NCBI RefSeq assembly: GCF_036321535.1
Contig: NC_087438.1
Coordinates: forward strand, 11,968,001 to 12,032,000
Origin: Camelus dromedarius
Taxonomy: Eukaryota
Direction: 5' to 3'
Length of the DNA: 64,000 nucleotides
Shown here: positions 49,941-63,131 of the stretch, piece after piece
Layout: every line of letters begins with the position of its first letter
Position numbering within the stretch: the first letter of the stretch is position 1
Position numbers and translations under genes: made by a program
The notes under the pieces: generated by a model
Database searches by the model: none
What the model saw: the letters and a program-made list of their open reading frames with translations, nothing else
What the model was told of the DNA's origin: nothing

Positions 49941-52900
49941 GTAGAAAAGCTGGATGTGAAACCAGTGAAGACACACACAAACTTGCAAGAGAGCCACTTT
50001 TTAAGAGCTACAAGAAGCTGGGTCCTAATGAGGGAGAATTTAAACCAGACCGTCTACATCGCATTTCCTTTCTTTCCCCTTCTCGCTCTCAGATGTCCAC
50101 ACGTGTGTTTTCAGTCAGCGTCAGTCCTGCTCCTCCTGACCTCAGCGGTGCCAAGTGCAGGGAGTACCCCCACAGGACCGGAGTTGTAGGTTTGGGATGC
50201 ACGCAGCTGCAGCTTTGGGGGTTGACAGAGGAGCTGTCTGCTCCGTGTAGGTGCTGATCTAAAATTGCACAGGAGCACGCGAGAGCTTTATGAGTCCTTC
50301 TATGTCCTCTGTGCCCACCCCCACACCCACCCACTGCATGTCTCTTGCTCTCAAAATGGACCATCCCAACGCTGGGACTCATCACAGCTCTCTGACCAGC
50401 TTTCACCGATGAAGAAGCCTGCCTCTTCCCCTGGGGGAGGCGGGGGGCTTGAAATCCTTGAGCCCTCTTGTTCACTCCCAGAGAGGAGCTCTCACAAAAT
50501 GCCCAGAAGCCAGACAGTGCTGACCAGACCCAAACTCACTCCTTTACGTCTTCAAATACGAGGAATCCGATTACTCCCAGGGGCAACGAGAGCTATAAGG
50601 ATTGTAAGTCAACCTAAGAGGATCACCGCACAAAGCACAAGTTGCCAACCTGGTCCCCCCTGGGAGCCCGGACATGCCAGCATTTCATCACACTTTAACT
50701 CCTCTCCCCAGGCGCCACCAAGACACACAGGGGACAAACCCGTCTCCCATTTCACTTCCTCAGCACTCTGATGTTTATTCCCTCAGCCCACCCAACAGGA
50801 AATACTAACAGCACAGAGGCATCAGGGCAGGTTGGGTGGAAAACCACAGCCCACCTGGGGGGTACAACCAAAGGCACGGGGCCAATGGCACCGAAGCAGA
50901 AGGATGCCGAGATCGTGGGGGGTTTAAAAAGTAAAATTAGAGTTGGAATGTTTTATCACTAACGGGCTTCCAAGTTCATCTCGGACTCCTGCTCTGGCAG
51001 AGCATTTTGGCAGACCGGGGTAAGGTTTTGCAAATACGGATTTGCTGGAGGGTCCCCCTAGACGAGCCCTCAGCGCGGGGAGGAGAGCAATTTCACGGAA
51101 AAAAAGAAAGCGCTCCTGTGCTGAGCTCTGAGTGCCAAGATGACAAAGGGTCCATTCTCAGCCTGTCCTTCCAGACTCTTGCCTACTCTTCCTCTGACCA
51201 GTCCCCGCCCACCCCACTGGCCTGTCTTGTCCCTCCAGACGAGAGCACCCACCCTCACGGAGGCTGACCTGCCGGCCCGGGACAGCCGTACAGACCAGAA
51301 AATCATTGGTTTCCGGAGCCCATGCCGAGGGGCCAGGCACTTGGTGGGCTTCCATGCGTTTTAATCCCCACTGCCACCCCCTGAATTAAACAGCCTTTCA
51401 TTCGCCCCACATATCAAAAGTGAAGAAATGAGGTTTTTCAACTTGCCCAGGACCAGGTACCATTAAGAGAGCTAGGTTGAGACCCCCAGGGCAGTGAGCC
51501 TAGGAGCCCGTTCTGTGAATGCCTCCCTTATTCTGCCTGGATGTCCAGGCCTCAGCCAGGCTGCCAGCGGCCAGCATCTGCAGTGGCAAATCAGAGGGCA
51601 TGGCAGTGGGTCTCAAACGGTGTGTGGCTGGGACCACAGACCAAAGGCTTTGGCTCTTTGAAGGGAAACGGACGGTGCGAGGCATGGAGATGGATGCAGG
51701 CAGCATGGTGACTTCACGCCCACAGGGCCCTTCATCTGCTAAGGACAGAGTGACATTCCTTCCCCGGGGCTGCAGGCAGGGGCTGCTACTTTGGGAGGAA
51801 ACGCAAGCCAATAAGCGCAGGAATTCTCGTTCCTCAAGTATACCCACACAATACAGAAGACTTCTGCTCTCAAGTCTATTCAAGGATCTTCACGGGAAGA
51901 ACTCAGGATCATCTCATTTTACCAATGTCTGTGGGGTCAAACACAGAGTGGGAGCAAGGCCAAGGCCGAGCAAGATTTCCGGAGCTGCAGCGCAGCCCTG
52001 ACCTCAGAGAGGATTCGGAAACTCAATCCCCCACCCCAGCCGTCCTTAACTACGGCCGGGAGCAGAAGCCCCCGCTCCATGCTGAAGGCTAAGCTGCCAA
52101 CCCCAGGGGAAAATGAAGGAGGTGACCGCTTGGGGCAGCGAGAGGATGAGCACGCCTCCTGGGTCCCAGGGAGTCTGTTCTGAGCAGGGAGGTGGCTTCA
52201 GATCAGGGGCTCCTCAACTCCTCACAGAAAACACTAACAGCAGCAGCCGTGACAGCTCCGATGAGCCGGCCACACACCTCCCTGTTGGATCTGAGCCAAG
52301 CCGTCCCAGGGCTCTAGGGGGATTCTATCATTATACCCATTTTAAAGATAAGCACAGTGAGGTAGAGAGAGGTCTGAACTCAAGTCTGTCATAACCAAGA
52401 TGACCTGCCTATAGGCATAACCTCTGACCTCCTAAGATGCCCTGCACCCTGCCCGTGAGGTCACCCAGCCCACTTTGGAACTGCAAGTGCTCCTCTTCAA
52501 AGGAAAACTGAGGATTGTAAGAACCTGTTACAGACTCACTTTGTTTTATAAGATTTTTCACATGTGACTGAAACAATCTCCTCAGACGTAAAGTTCAGAA
52601 TATCCCTTTAAGGAGCCTCACCAAATCTCTGCTCTAGAGGCCACTTCCCTGGGGACGGCCCAGCACTTCCCCTCCACACGACCAGGGACATCCGTGGGGG
52701 ACACCGAAGCCTGGGGGGAGGCCCTGACCTCACGGTCTATTAGGAGGCACCTGGAGGAAATAAACAAGCTATTTTGTCCTCGCACTCACGTGCTCTGTCC
52801 CAAAGCCAGTGGGGAGAGTCCTTAGAATTCAGCGACTAATCAGGTGATGGGCTGTAAAACACTCCCCTGAATGTCATCAGAGTCCAGGCATTTGCACCGG

Positions 52901-55662
52901 GAATCCAGAAATAAGCTGTCACCAAAGGGATGTGTGCCCGCTGGAAATAATCTCCAGAACATGTTTCATAATCTAGGGCCAGGATTCAGCAAGCCAGACA
53001 GGGAAGGTCAAGCCCAGCCCCTCCTCCTGCACACCCAGCTTCATCTCCTGCCTGCCGGGGCCCCGGACCAACCGCCCCTGCTGACTGCCTGTCCCCAAGC
53101 CCCCAAGTCCCTTCCCAACAACCCTCAGGAGGGCCACCTGTCCTGGTACCATGTCCTGCCGAGTCCATTCACTGTCACCGCAGGCAGACCTCACCCACCG
53201 CTTCCTTGACCTGCCTTGAACGTGTTTTGAGTCACCGTCACAATTTAAGAAGCACTGTATTCACCAGACATCTAAGCATCAAGTCATTCCTGGTTCAGAT
53301 TCTCCACTTACCAAATATGTCTGAATTGAATGACATGTTTTAAAATAACCTTTCCAAGTAACGTTTGCTCTGAGAAGAAAACGTGAGTGACACTTTTACA
53401 TGAACAGATAAGAATTCTGTCTGAGGAAAGTGACCATTCAAATCATTTTTTTTTACCTTACGACTATCTTCTTTGTATTCCTGACTGCTCTTTGGTCAGG
53501 ACAAAGGATGTGGCTGCTGATAATACAGACATTCAGTGAGCAGATTTATGAAAATTGGTCCTACGGGAACCCTTTTTGATGGGGAACTAGGGGTCCAAAT
53601 TGAACAGCCTGGATCTCCCAACTAAAAATGACCAGCAAGATAAGTTTTATTTCCTAGGGCACCAGTCTCTAGCCTACTGACACTTTTAAAGCACTTGTAA
53701 ATTTCTTAAGAACAAGTCAATTGCCTCATTATGCTTGTTTATTGAGCAGATTCATTTGTGAAGTCAATAACTCATAAAACTTGAGAGGACAAAGTGTACA
53801 GATGGGATGGGTTGGAGGGGACTGATGAGGCTTGACTCGGGAACTCCGAATTAACATTTCTGTCACGCAGAAGCTCCCATCTCTGCAGACACAGGCCAGG
53901 GCTAAAGAACGAATTTGCTTCTACCACAAATTCAGTTATTACCAAAAGGATCTGAAACGCTGAGAAGCTGAAACCCTTTGATTCTGATCCTGTTAGGAAA
54001 TTCACAAACCGGTGAATGATTCACTCTGGCTGTAGGAAAATCAAATCTGGGAGAGGTTTAGGCCGGTTAATGAATAATCTGGAACTAACTGATGATTATG
54101 TAACAGGGGGATGGAAGGAAAGGGATAGCGGGGTGCCTGTGCCCCACACACATGGGTGCTGGGCACTCACATTCATCAGCTCACACAGGCTCCACGGAAC
54201 CAATGAGAAATGACCTTCCTGAGCCAGAAAGAGGACACTTTTCATGGTTGGATAACACGTCCTATGTGTCTTTTGGGGGGACTCAAGGAGCAGAGCAGTT
54301 GTGTAACAGGGATGATTCAGAACAACTAAAGGGATCAAAGGCATCAGTTCCATCAAGTGACAAGTAAACAGTGCGTATATTCTCCGTGGCGTCACTGCTC
54401 TTGAGAGATTCCAGGACGAACACCACCTTCCTCCCAGCCCTGCCCCCAAGCTCACCCGTTTGAAGAGACACGGGCTGATCGTGACTTTCTTTCATATTTC
54501 ATCAGCTGAAACAATCTGCCTCGATTTCACACTTGATTTTGCCCTTAGAAATGCAAATGTAAAGCTCGAGCACGCAGGTTTCACAATCAAAGCTAATCTA
54601 CATGCCTATGGTTTCTTGTTTCAAGAAAAACTCAGTGAGGCAGTGATTATTTTATTTAAACACAGGGTACGTGTGTGCAGGGGCCATTGAGGTCTGAGGG
54701 CTGAGGGCAGAAAGGTATAGAGTTTCTAAAATAACAGCTTTATTGAGATAACATTTTCAGAAAATAAACTGCATGTGCTTAAAGCACACAATCTGGTGAG
54801 TTCCGACTGGTGATTACCCCCGTGAAGCCACCAGCAGAAACAAGATGCAGAACATGTCCGACGCCCACCTACAAAACAGCTGCCCACCCACAAAACACCT
54901 GCCCACCCTGCTCACTGCAGACCAGTAATGGTACTGGGGGAAAAGGCACCCCACCCGACTCCTACCTGGAGGCTTTTCAGTTGGGGGTGGGGAGGGGAGG
55001 TGCACTAAAGTACGTGTGTCTTTTGTTTCGCTCAACTATATACAACAGAAGCAGGTGAACGGGCTTTAGAAAGACAGAAGACAGGCCTGGGGGTGGGGGG
55101 TTCTCAGCATTACAACCTGTTCTCCAACCTCCCAGCCCTCTTCAGTGGTTGCTTTTACAACATGCAAACAGGAAAGCCAAGAGCCATGCCCTGGCAAACC
55201 AGCTCAGAACTCAGGTCTACACTGTCGGTCTCTGTGCTGTGCCTCCATAAAGCGTCTTTTCCTTTTTTAAATGTATAACACATTACTCTCAAAAGTCAAA
55301 GGACCCTTTAATCATTTTGACCAAAAATACGTGCCACACAGCACAAGTGAAGGGACATCTCAGCCACATGGAAGGGTGTCAGAGCTAGATCTGGAATTAG
55401 CCTTAGAAAGTTTTATAAAATTCCTGCTGGCATCTAAACAGAACAGCTCCTACTCCCATTTCTGTCCTCGTTCATGTACTGGTATCGACTGCCGTACCCG
55501 CTTTGTTTTCCTTTAAACAGCTTTATTGCCGAGGACACACAGTACACTGTGCATATTTAACGTGCACCATTTGATAACTTTTGACACACCCACAAAACCA
55601 TCACTAAAATCAACACAATAAACAATTCCATTGCCTTTCCAAAGTTTCATGGTGCCCTTTTT

Positions 55663-55910
55663 TTTAACTGAAGTATAATTGATTTACAATGTTTCAGGTG
55701 TACAGCAGAGTGATTCAGCCCAACGCCCACCAATATATATTTCAGAATATATATATTTTTTCAAACTTTTTTTTCCCACTATAGGTTATTATAAGATATT
55801 GGATATAGTTCCCTGTGTTATATGGTAGGACCTTGTTGTTTACATATTTGACATATAGTAGTGTGTCTCTGTTAATCCCAAATTCCAAATTTATCCCTTC
55901 TCCTCCCACA
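55663..55910 (-). mobile_element. Cetartiodactyl-type L1 3' end nested in the older L1
   Basis: ACTGAAGTATAATTGATTTACAATG...ATAGTTCCCTGTG; TSD TGCCCTTTTT at 55653-55662 and 55911-55920. Confidence 0.8.
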
Positions 55911-56075
55911 TGCCCTTTTTAACACCTCCCTCTTGCCCTTCCCTGCCCTGCTCCCCCCTAATCCGTTCCAAGGCAAGGACTGATCTGCAGATTTCTGTAA
56001 CTTCAGATTACTTTGCATTTTAAAATCTTCATACAAATGAAATCATGTACCTTTTTTTTTTGTCTGGCTTCTTTT

Positions 56076-56105
56076 TTCAGTCTATACGCTGCCGAAGTGA
56101 GCGCA
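56076..56105 (-). pseudogene. U6 snRNA 5' fragment retropseudogene (tailless, ~30 nt)
   Basis: Minus strand GCGCTCACTTCGGCAGCGTATAGACTGAAA versus U6 nt 1-30 GTGCTCGCTTCGGCAGCACATATACTAAAA: 24/30 identical, ungapped. Flanked by an exact 14-bp repeat GTCTGGCTTCTTTT (56062-56075, 56106-56119). Confidence 0.82.
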
Positions 56106-57173
56106 GTCTGGCTTCTTTTATTTAATATAATTAGTTTGAGACTCATCCACGTTGTTCCATTAATTCATTCCTTTCCACTATAGAGCAGCATTCACTGTAC
56201 GGAGAGACACCATTTACTCATCTCTTCACCTGTCAATGGACAGTTTTTGGCTATTACAAAGAACGCCGCCATGAACAATCACGTCCAAGACTTGGTGTGG
56301 ATACATTTCACTTTTCTTGGGTAAATGCCTCGGAGTGGAATGGCTGAATCACATGGTCGGCATTTGTTTATCTTTTGAAGAACCTGCCCGGCTGTTTCAG
56401 CAAACGGTTGTACAGTCTGACATTCATTGCCACCTGCAGAATATGAGAATGGCAGCTGCTCCACATCCTCACAGCACTGGGTATGGTCGGGCTTTTTAAG
56501 TTTTGGCCATTCAGAGAGGGGTGGTGGCATGTCATTGTGCTTTTAATTTGCAGTTCTAATGAGTAATGATGGTGAGCATCTTTTCATGTATTTATCTTTG
56601 TTGAAGTATCTGTTCAGATCACTTGGGCTTTTTTTATTGGGTTGTTTGTTTACATATTCAGCTTTAGTTCTTCATGTACTCTGGATACAAATCTTTGGTC
56701 AGATATATGATTTGCAAAACTTTCTCCCAACCTGTGCCTTAACTTTTCATTCCCTCAGCAGTGCCTGCTAAGGAGCCAAGGTTTTCATCCTGATGGAGTC
56801 CACCTTGTCATGTTTCCTTTCGTGGATCATGCCTGCTGTACTGGATCCAAAAAAATCCTTCTTTACCCTGGGGGTTGTGAAAATTTTTGCCTATGTTTTC
56901 TTCTGGAGGTTTTACAGATTTAGGTTTATATTTAGGCCTATGTTTTAACACCTTTTTAAATTAATTTTTGTGTGTGGTACAAGGTATGGATCAAAGTCTA
57001 GGTTTTTGCATATGGATATTCAACTTTTCCAGCATCATTTGTTAAAAAGTCACCTTTTCTCCACTGAACTGCTTGTCGAAAACTGGTTGTCACACATATG
57101 TTGAGTCTACTGCTGGACTCTCTACTTTGGTCTACTGACTTCTTTACCACATTGCCTTGATCATCGTAGCTTT

Positions 57174-57197
57174 AAAAAAATACATATCCATCCATCC

Positions 57198-57255
<58 letters not shown>

Positions 57256-57348
57256 TTATTTATTTATATAAATGGGGGTGCTGGGGATTGAACCCAGGAC
57301 CTCGTGCATGCTAAGCATGTGCTCTGTCACTGAGCTATACCCTCACCC
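57174..57348 (-). mobile_element. tRNA-derived camelid SINE (Vic-1-like) with a microsatellite tail
   Basis: Minus strand GAGGGTATAGCTCAGTGACAGAGCACATGCTTAGCATGCACGAGGTCCTGGGTTCAATCCCCAGC; TAGCTTT repeats at 57167 and 57354. Confidence 0.9.
57187..57268. repeat. Compound tetranucleotide microsatellite (TCCA)n(TCTA)n(TTTA)n
   Basis: Read directly. Confidence 0.95.
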
Positions 57349-60339
57349 TAGCATAGCTTTTAAAGAAGCCTGTTTACTTTGTTTAGTCAGTAAGGAAACT
57401 GAGGCCCAAGAGTCGAACTAGCTCAAGGACCAAGGTGTCTCCCTTCCACTGGCGCCATATTATCTCCTAAGATTTAATGACTTTACATGCAACGAGAAAT
57501 TCTATGCCAAGAAAAAATTAGCTGATATGATAGATCAACATATTTTTACCAAAATGCAGTCTCACTTTTGTGATGAAAACAAGCTTTAAATTTATGGAAA
57601 ATGAGTTTTTAGCAAGCACAAAGTAGTATGTTCCCGTCACAAAAAGCATAGCTCTCCAATATTTAGAGATGCCCGCCCACCACACTGCCTGATGGGCAGG
57701 GCTCCCTTCCCTCCAGCTCAGGTCCCCCCACCAGCCCTGACCATCTCTAATTCTTACACACCGATGACACCAACATTCTGTTTGCTTCTTCATTGTTCGC
57801 ATGTGATGGAAACATTTTAAATTCTTAACTATACCTTTATTTGCCCATGTACCGTTTAAGAAACTATGTTCTGGGAAAGGAAATACAAGCTGTTTGGTAT
57901 AGGGCGCAGCAAGGTGTGGAGTTAGAGCCAGTGGCTTTGCAGGGTAGGCGGGCATGGGTGGATATCTTTGGCCCTCCATCACTTTGGTCAAGTTAGTTAA
58001 CCAAGCTGTGGTGTCCTTGCCTTTTAAACCAGGCTAACACTTCCTTCCTCGTGAACTGCCATGACGCTAAATCAGGTGATGGTGAAAGCATTTAGCCCAG
58101 TGCCTGCAAATATTAGGCACTAACAGATGACAGTTCTTAGCAGTTACCATCATCATCACCCAGGAGCCGCCTGCCTCCTCAACTGCCCCGCACTGTACTC
58201 CAAGCCCCCCATCAGCTCCCCCTGATTCCTGGGGTGCCTTCCTGCTGCTTCTTCTGTTCCTGGCCATTTTCCAGCTCCTGGTTCCTTACATTTCTTCCAG
58301 CTTCCATGTGATACTCTGAGTTCAAATAGTAATCCCTTCTTCACGAATGCTGGATGGGGGGGTATCTGTTTGTTGTCACCGCAGAAGCTTCCAGGGAAAG
58401 ACCGGTAACTGGGCTCCTCCACACTCATGGTTCTCCCTGTCCACGATGCTGCTCCTGGTCATTTGCAGCACTGTCACTCCAGGGGACTGGGGGAGCGTGC
58501 TGGACCAGAGGCATTCCTGGGCATCGTCCAGGCAGTGAGCTAAAAACCCCCATCCCTCAATGAGAGAATCTAAACCAGCCTAGTCTTCACAGGTCATAAA
58601 AAGCAAAGCTATTCGAGTCAATGATTAAAATCCCAAGAGGAAAAAAAAAATAAAGACATTTCCTTTGGTACCTCTGTGTTTCCACTGCAGGAGCCTGGAA
58701 ATTCATATTCTTAATAAAGAAACATTCAACATTTGAAAAGAGGTGTGCGGTTAGAAGCAACACGTTACTTCAAAGATGCTTTTATAGTTTAACTGAGATA
58801 ATATTATAACAAGTGATTGGAAAATAGGAATAAAATAGGGTGCGGATTCACTATACGTAAAAATTAAGATCATATTGACCAACGTGTACAAAATAAATCT
58901 GGTGGCCTACTTCAAGGATCCATCCCTTTCTTTTTTCTTACTGTGTCTTAAAATGACTGTTTCTATGAGCAAAACAGAATCAATCTAAATATAACCATGG
59001 ACTGCCTCCCCTCAAGGCATAATGTACCAATGAAACCTTTTCCTGATGATGTAATACAGCTATTTTCAGTCTGGTGCCCATGACTCTCTCTTTTCATGTA
59101 GAGCAAATGGCAACAGAATCTCTTCAGAATGACTGAAAAGGTGAACTGACAGCTTCAGCTCTGCCTGGCAATGTACAGCTCTTATCTGAACTATCTCTCT
59201 GATGTTTGAGAACCGTACCCCTTGTTCCAACACCAAGGGGAATGCAGTAAAATCTAGACAGACTTCGCGGCGCTGTGCTAGCTGCCCGGCGGGTGCCTGA
59301 CACACAGCAGGCGTTTACTAACTGTTGGAAGAACGGAGCCACTGGCTCAAGCGCAGGACCCACCGGGGCCGGTGGCCCCAGAGTTTAAGCAGGGATCCAA
59401 AGCAGCAGCTCTGTGAGAGCCCTAGAGGGTGACCATGGAAACCGTCACCTCCTCTGCTCTAGTCACCGCCCGGAAGGCTGACATTTGTCAAGTGTTCCAT
59501 CCCTTTACAAATAGCACAAGAAGTTCAAGTGAAGTATTCCAGAGTCAGGCCGAAGAGGGCAGATATTTTATGGAGGGAAAGCACAGAGGGCTAAGAACTC
59601 CCAAACAGGAAACGGGAGAACTGGTTTCCGTAGAGTAGAAGGAACGTTTCTCATACAATCCACACTTGCTTTCCACCATCCTCTTGCAGAGCCCAGCACA
59701 CAGCTGGCTCTCTGTTAACATCTGCTGAATAACCATGAGTGTGTTACCAACAATGGGCACTTAATTTATGATCCTGAAACAATAACTCTCATCTCAGCTG
59801 CATTCATTTTGGCTACAGAACGAGATGGATGGTTTCGCCAAAGGACTTAACTGGGTCTTCCAAGTTCCCCATTCAATGTGTACAATGAGCCCCTCCCATA
59901 AATATGAAGGTCTACCATATGTTCACTTCTGTAACAGCAGGTTTTACAAAGCCTTTTAGCTCTGACTACATGAAGACACAAATGTGGCATCGACATCATG
60001 TCGAACTTCCCAATAATTTCACATCCTGAAATTTCTGCTGGGTAAAATTGTTCTGGTTTTGAAAGGCAGGAGAATGGGAAGGTGTTAAGTAAATGCCTTA
60101 AAATTTATGTTGGATAAAACTAATAATTATGGCCCAAAATTCAAGAAGCACTTAAAAGATACTGAGGGTTAGGAAAAGATAAAGCAGCCATTTTCAAAAA
60201 TAAATAGGGAGACTGGACTTTTAGGCTTATATCCCATAACTGAAAAATATGCACACATATCAAAAAATACTCTGAACATAGACATAGAATAAAGATCAAT
60301 ATAATTGTATGAAAAGTATTCTGACCTAATAAAAAATTT

Positions 60340-60725
60340 AATGGCAGATTAAGTTATGAGTCCCAATTCTTCACTCCCTGTAGTAGTATTAGTTGTCCAC
60401 ACCCTTGCCATGGCCCATGGTGACCAGATGTATTCCTCTCTTCTTGGCTTTGGGGCCAACTGTGTATTAACAGGCAGAAACCTGAAATGTGCCTGAATGA
60501 TTGGTGTTTCTCCAGCCTTAGTCCATGAAAACAACATGCCTTAGATATCTCTGGTCCAACGAGGCCAAAAGACTGATGAACAGGTCTGGATGCACCCAAA
60601 ACTTGGAGCAATGTCCAGCCCAAACCAGATGAACCCCAGCCAACCTACAGACACACAAGTGAGAAATAAATGCTGGCTGTGTGCCACTGAGATTTCTTTT
60701 TATGCATGTTTGTTACACAGCAATT
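60340..60725 (+). mobile_element. MLT1 (ERVL-MaLR) LTR relic
   Basis: CCCCAGCCAACCTACAGACAC..GTGAGAAATAAATGCT...GCCACTGAGATTT...GTTTGTTACACAGCAAT, a MaLR-type 3' end. Confidence 0.7.
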
Positions 60726-63131
60726 CCTGACTGTGATCAATCCTTACATAATAAAGAGAGAAGTGGGGCAAATTAGGGAACCACATGCATTCATCATCAA
60801 TGCTGTTTCTGTTTGGTTTCACAGGAACCGCTGATTAAGAAAAATGTGACAGGATCTGGAGAGCACTGTATTACAGCCTCTTTAACCAAAAGTACTTTAT
60901 ATAGATCCACTTTTATATTTTGTCTGGATTCTCTCCTCCTGTAACATGAAGGAGGAGCCAGGATCTGTCAGACTTCAGGGCTGATCAGTTAACAGCTCTG
61001 CCGGTGATACTGACTTGATGTTAGGTGACCTGCCAGATGAAAACTCCTCCCCTCGGTCCCTACCACAAAACCAGACCCAATCAAGTGACTATAAAGTTAT
61101 CTTCCAAAAGTGTCAAAATGTAAATGATGGAAGGCAGTGTGTGACTGAAAACAGTTTAGCCCCCTATGGTCCACACTGAAGTATCCACCACATCCCTTGA
61201 AATAACTCCTGCAATTCAGGAGTCCCAGAGCTCAACAGTAACAGGCAGGAGAGGGTGTCCAAAAAGAAGAAAGTGTTTCTTTCCTGTATGTAAGAGGGTC
61301 ATGAGATGCTAGAACTATTTAACCAAAAGGCCTAGCAAATAATCCCTTCTCCAGGAATCTGAGTGCTGGACAGATTACCTCTATGATTCTGTTTCATTAA
61401 GCTCTTTCTCAGAGGCTTGGATTACCTGTAGCTTCATCCTCTCTCGTTCTGCATTCTTTAGGAATTTGATCAACCAAATAATTCCCTTTTCTTACCCTCA
61501 TTATTAAATCCAAAAGGGCGAAACGGGGGAGACAGGCAGGAGGAGAACCTGAAGCCAAGAGGTCACGCAGTCTAGGTAATGAGCTCAGGCAACATCCAGC
61601 CTCATCCACTTCTCACTGTCCCCCTCCTGCTTCTCGAATCACTTCTTTAGCAGAGGAAAGCTTTTTTCTACTCTAGAAATCAGCCAGCAGTATCAGGAGG
61701 GAAAGATTTTAGCCAACTACCTTCCTGCTACTGATTAAATTATCAGCCCCATATTCTAAACAGCAGGAGAAAATTCATCTATTGGAAGCCTTGTATAATT
61801 TCACTGCTGGAGGACTTTCAGGCCTTGAAGAAAGAACAACGACAGATTTCCAAGTCGATCTCTAACTTTGCAGGTGCCCTACACAAAGAGCACAAATTCT
61901 TGAACCAGGGTCACTTCTCCCCTTCCATTAGGGAAGGAGAAACTCAATCACCTATGTATTCATTGAACAGCTCACACATGGGCAAGATCGTGGAGAAGGA
62001 CAGTCTTTCCTCTTTCAGTTTACTGAGGACCTAGATTGGACGTTCCTGTTTTGACCCCTAATCAATTTCAGATCCATTTCTCAATTTAAAAATACAAATT
62101 TCTTCTTCATTTAAAGATCCTCTCAATTACTGAGTTTTCATTACATATTCCAAGTATGGTGCATCCATTAAAAGCCCTTTAAAGGAAATGATTTCATGCC
62201 AACTTAGCCCCAGGAAAACGCACAATTTATTCAAAATAAACATCCATTTCTGACTTGGGGATATTTAGCTTGATAAGCTTTGGAGTTCAGTTCGTTTTCT
62301 TTCCAGCGCAGATGACTCCTGAGTCATGACTGAAAATATCACTCGTTTTAATAAAGGCAACAACTGATCAAAAAAAAAAAAAACCCACAAACATCAAGGA
62401 AAAGATCCTTTAAAATGTGTTTTCAGTGGAAGTAAAAATACTATTCAAAAGCTAAAAGTGGGACTTTAAGAGAAAATACTGAAAGCACTCCTTGCACTTT
62501 AAATGACATTAGACGGCTCTGAAAGTTATAGTTTAAAAATACTCTCCAAGAACACAAGCCAAATGACTGCAGGATTATAAGTTCTCTCTCCCAGTTGTTC
62601 AGGTATTAAAAACAGGCACAAGTAAGAATAGCCTTCAAAAAAATGAACACAGCACAGGAGTGATGCAATCTCCCCCAGGACGGGTACACCACCATGGACT
62701 TTTTCCTCCTTTTCTGAAATAGCTCTAAATAATGTTGTTTCCCTCATTCCCCTCCTTCCTGCACACTCCTTCCTCTCTAAAAAAAATTTAAAAGGAAACA
62801 TGATGACTAAAATGACATGTGAAGGGCACATTCTTGGGTTCCTCCTTTAGAAGCAATGCTCTTGCTGCTGGAGGCGCCGAGGCTGCCTAGAATCCAGCCT
62901 CCCCAGCAGGCATTCCAGCACTTGCAGAGTTATCTCACACTATCTTTAATTTTCCAGGAGAGATTTATGGATGATAAGCAAAGCCAGTCACCTGCCTGGG
63001 TCCGCCTCTCCCCCAGACATCATCCTGCCCCCTAGAGACAGCCTAGACTCTCCTTGCAAGTTCTACACAGCAACCAAGCAGCACGGACCAAGCAGGACTG
63101 CCCTGTCATGGGCCTCTTCCCCTCCTCTCTA

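Larger units (their letters stand above)
55512..57172 (-). mobile_element. Old L1M element (~1.6 kb) hosting younger nested insertions
   Basis: Continuous antisense L1 3' UTR/ORF2-end motifs (CAGCTTTATTG..., TTTTGGCTATTACAAAG, GAGCATCTTTTCATGT, TTCCAGCATCATTTGTTAAAAAG). ORF 56279-56530(-) reads like a decayed L1 ORF2 C-terminus (SAIPLRGIYP). Confidence 0.85.

Noticed and set aside
48099..52001. Cluster of 100-185 aa ORFs on both strands
   Set aside because: Expected from stop-codon scarcity in a GC-rich stretch; they overlap in conflicting frames and show no homology I can recognise.
59990..60004. Inverted repeat TCGACAT-C-ATGTCGA
   Set aside because: A single 7-bp-arm palindrome is expected by chance in 64 kb and has no supporting context.
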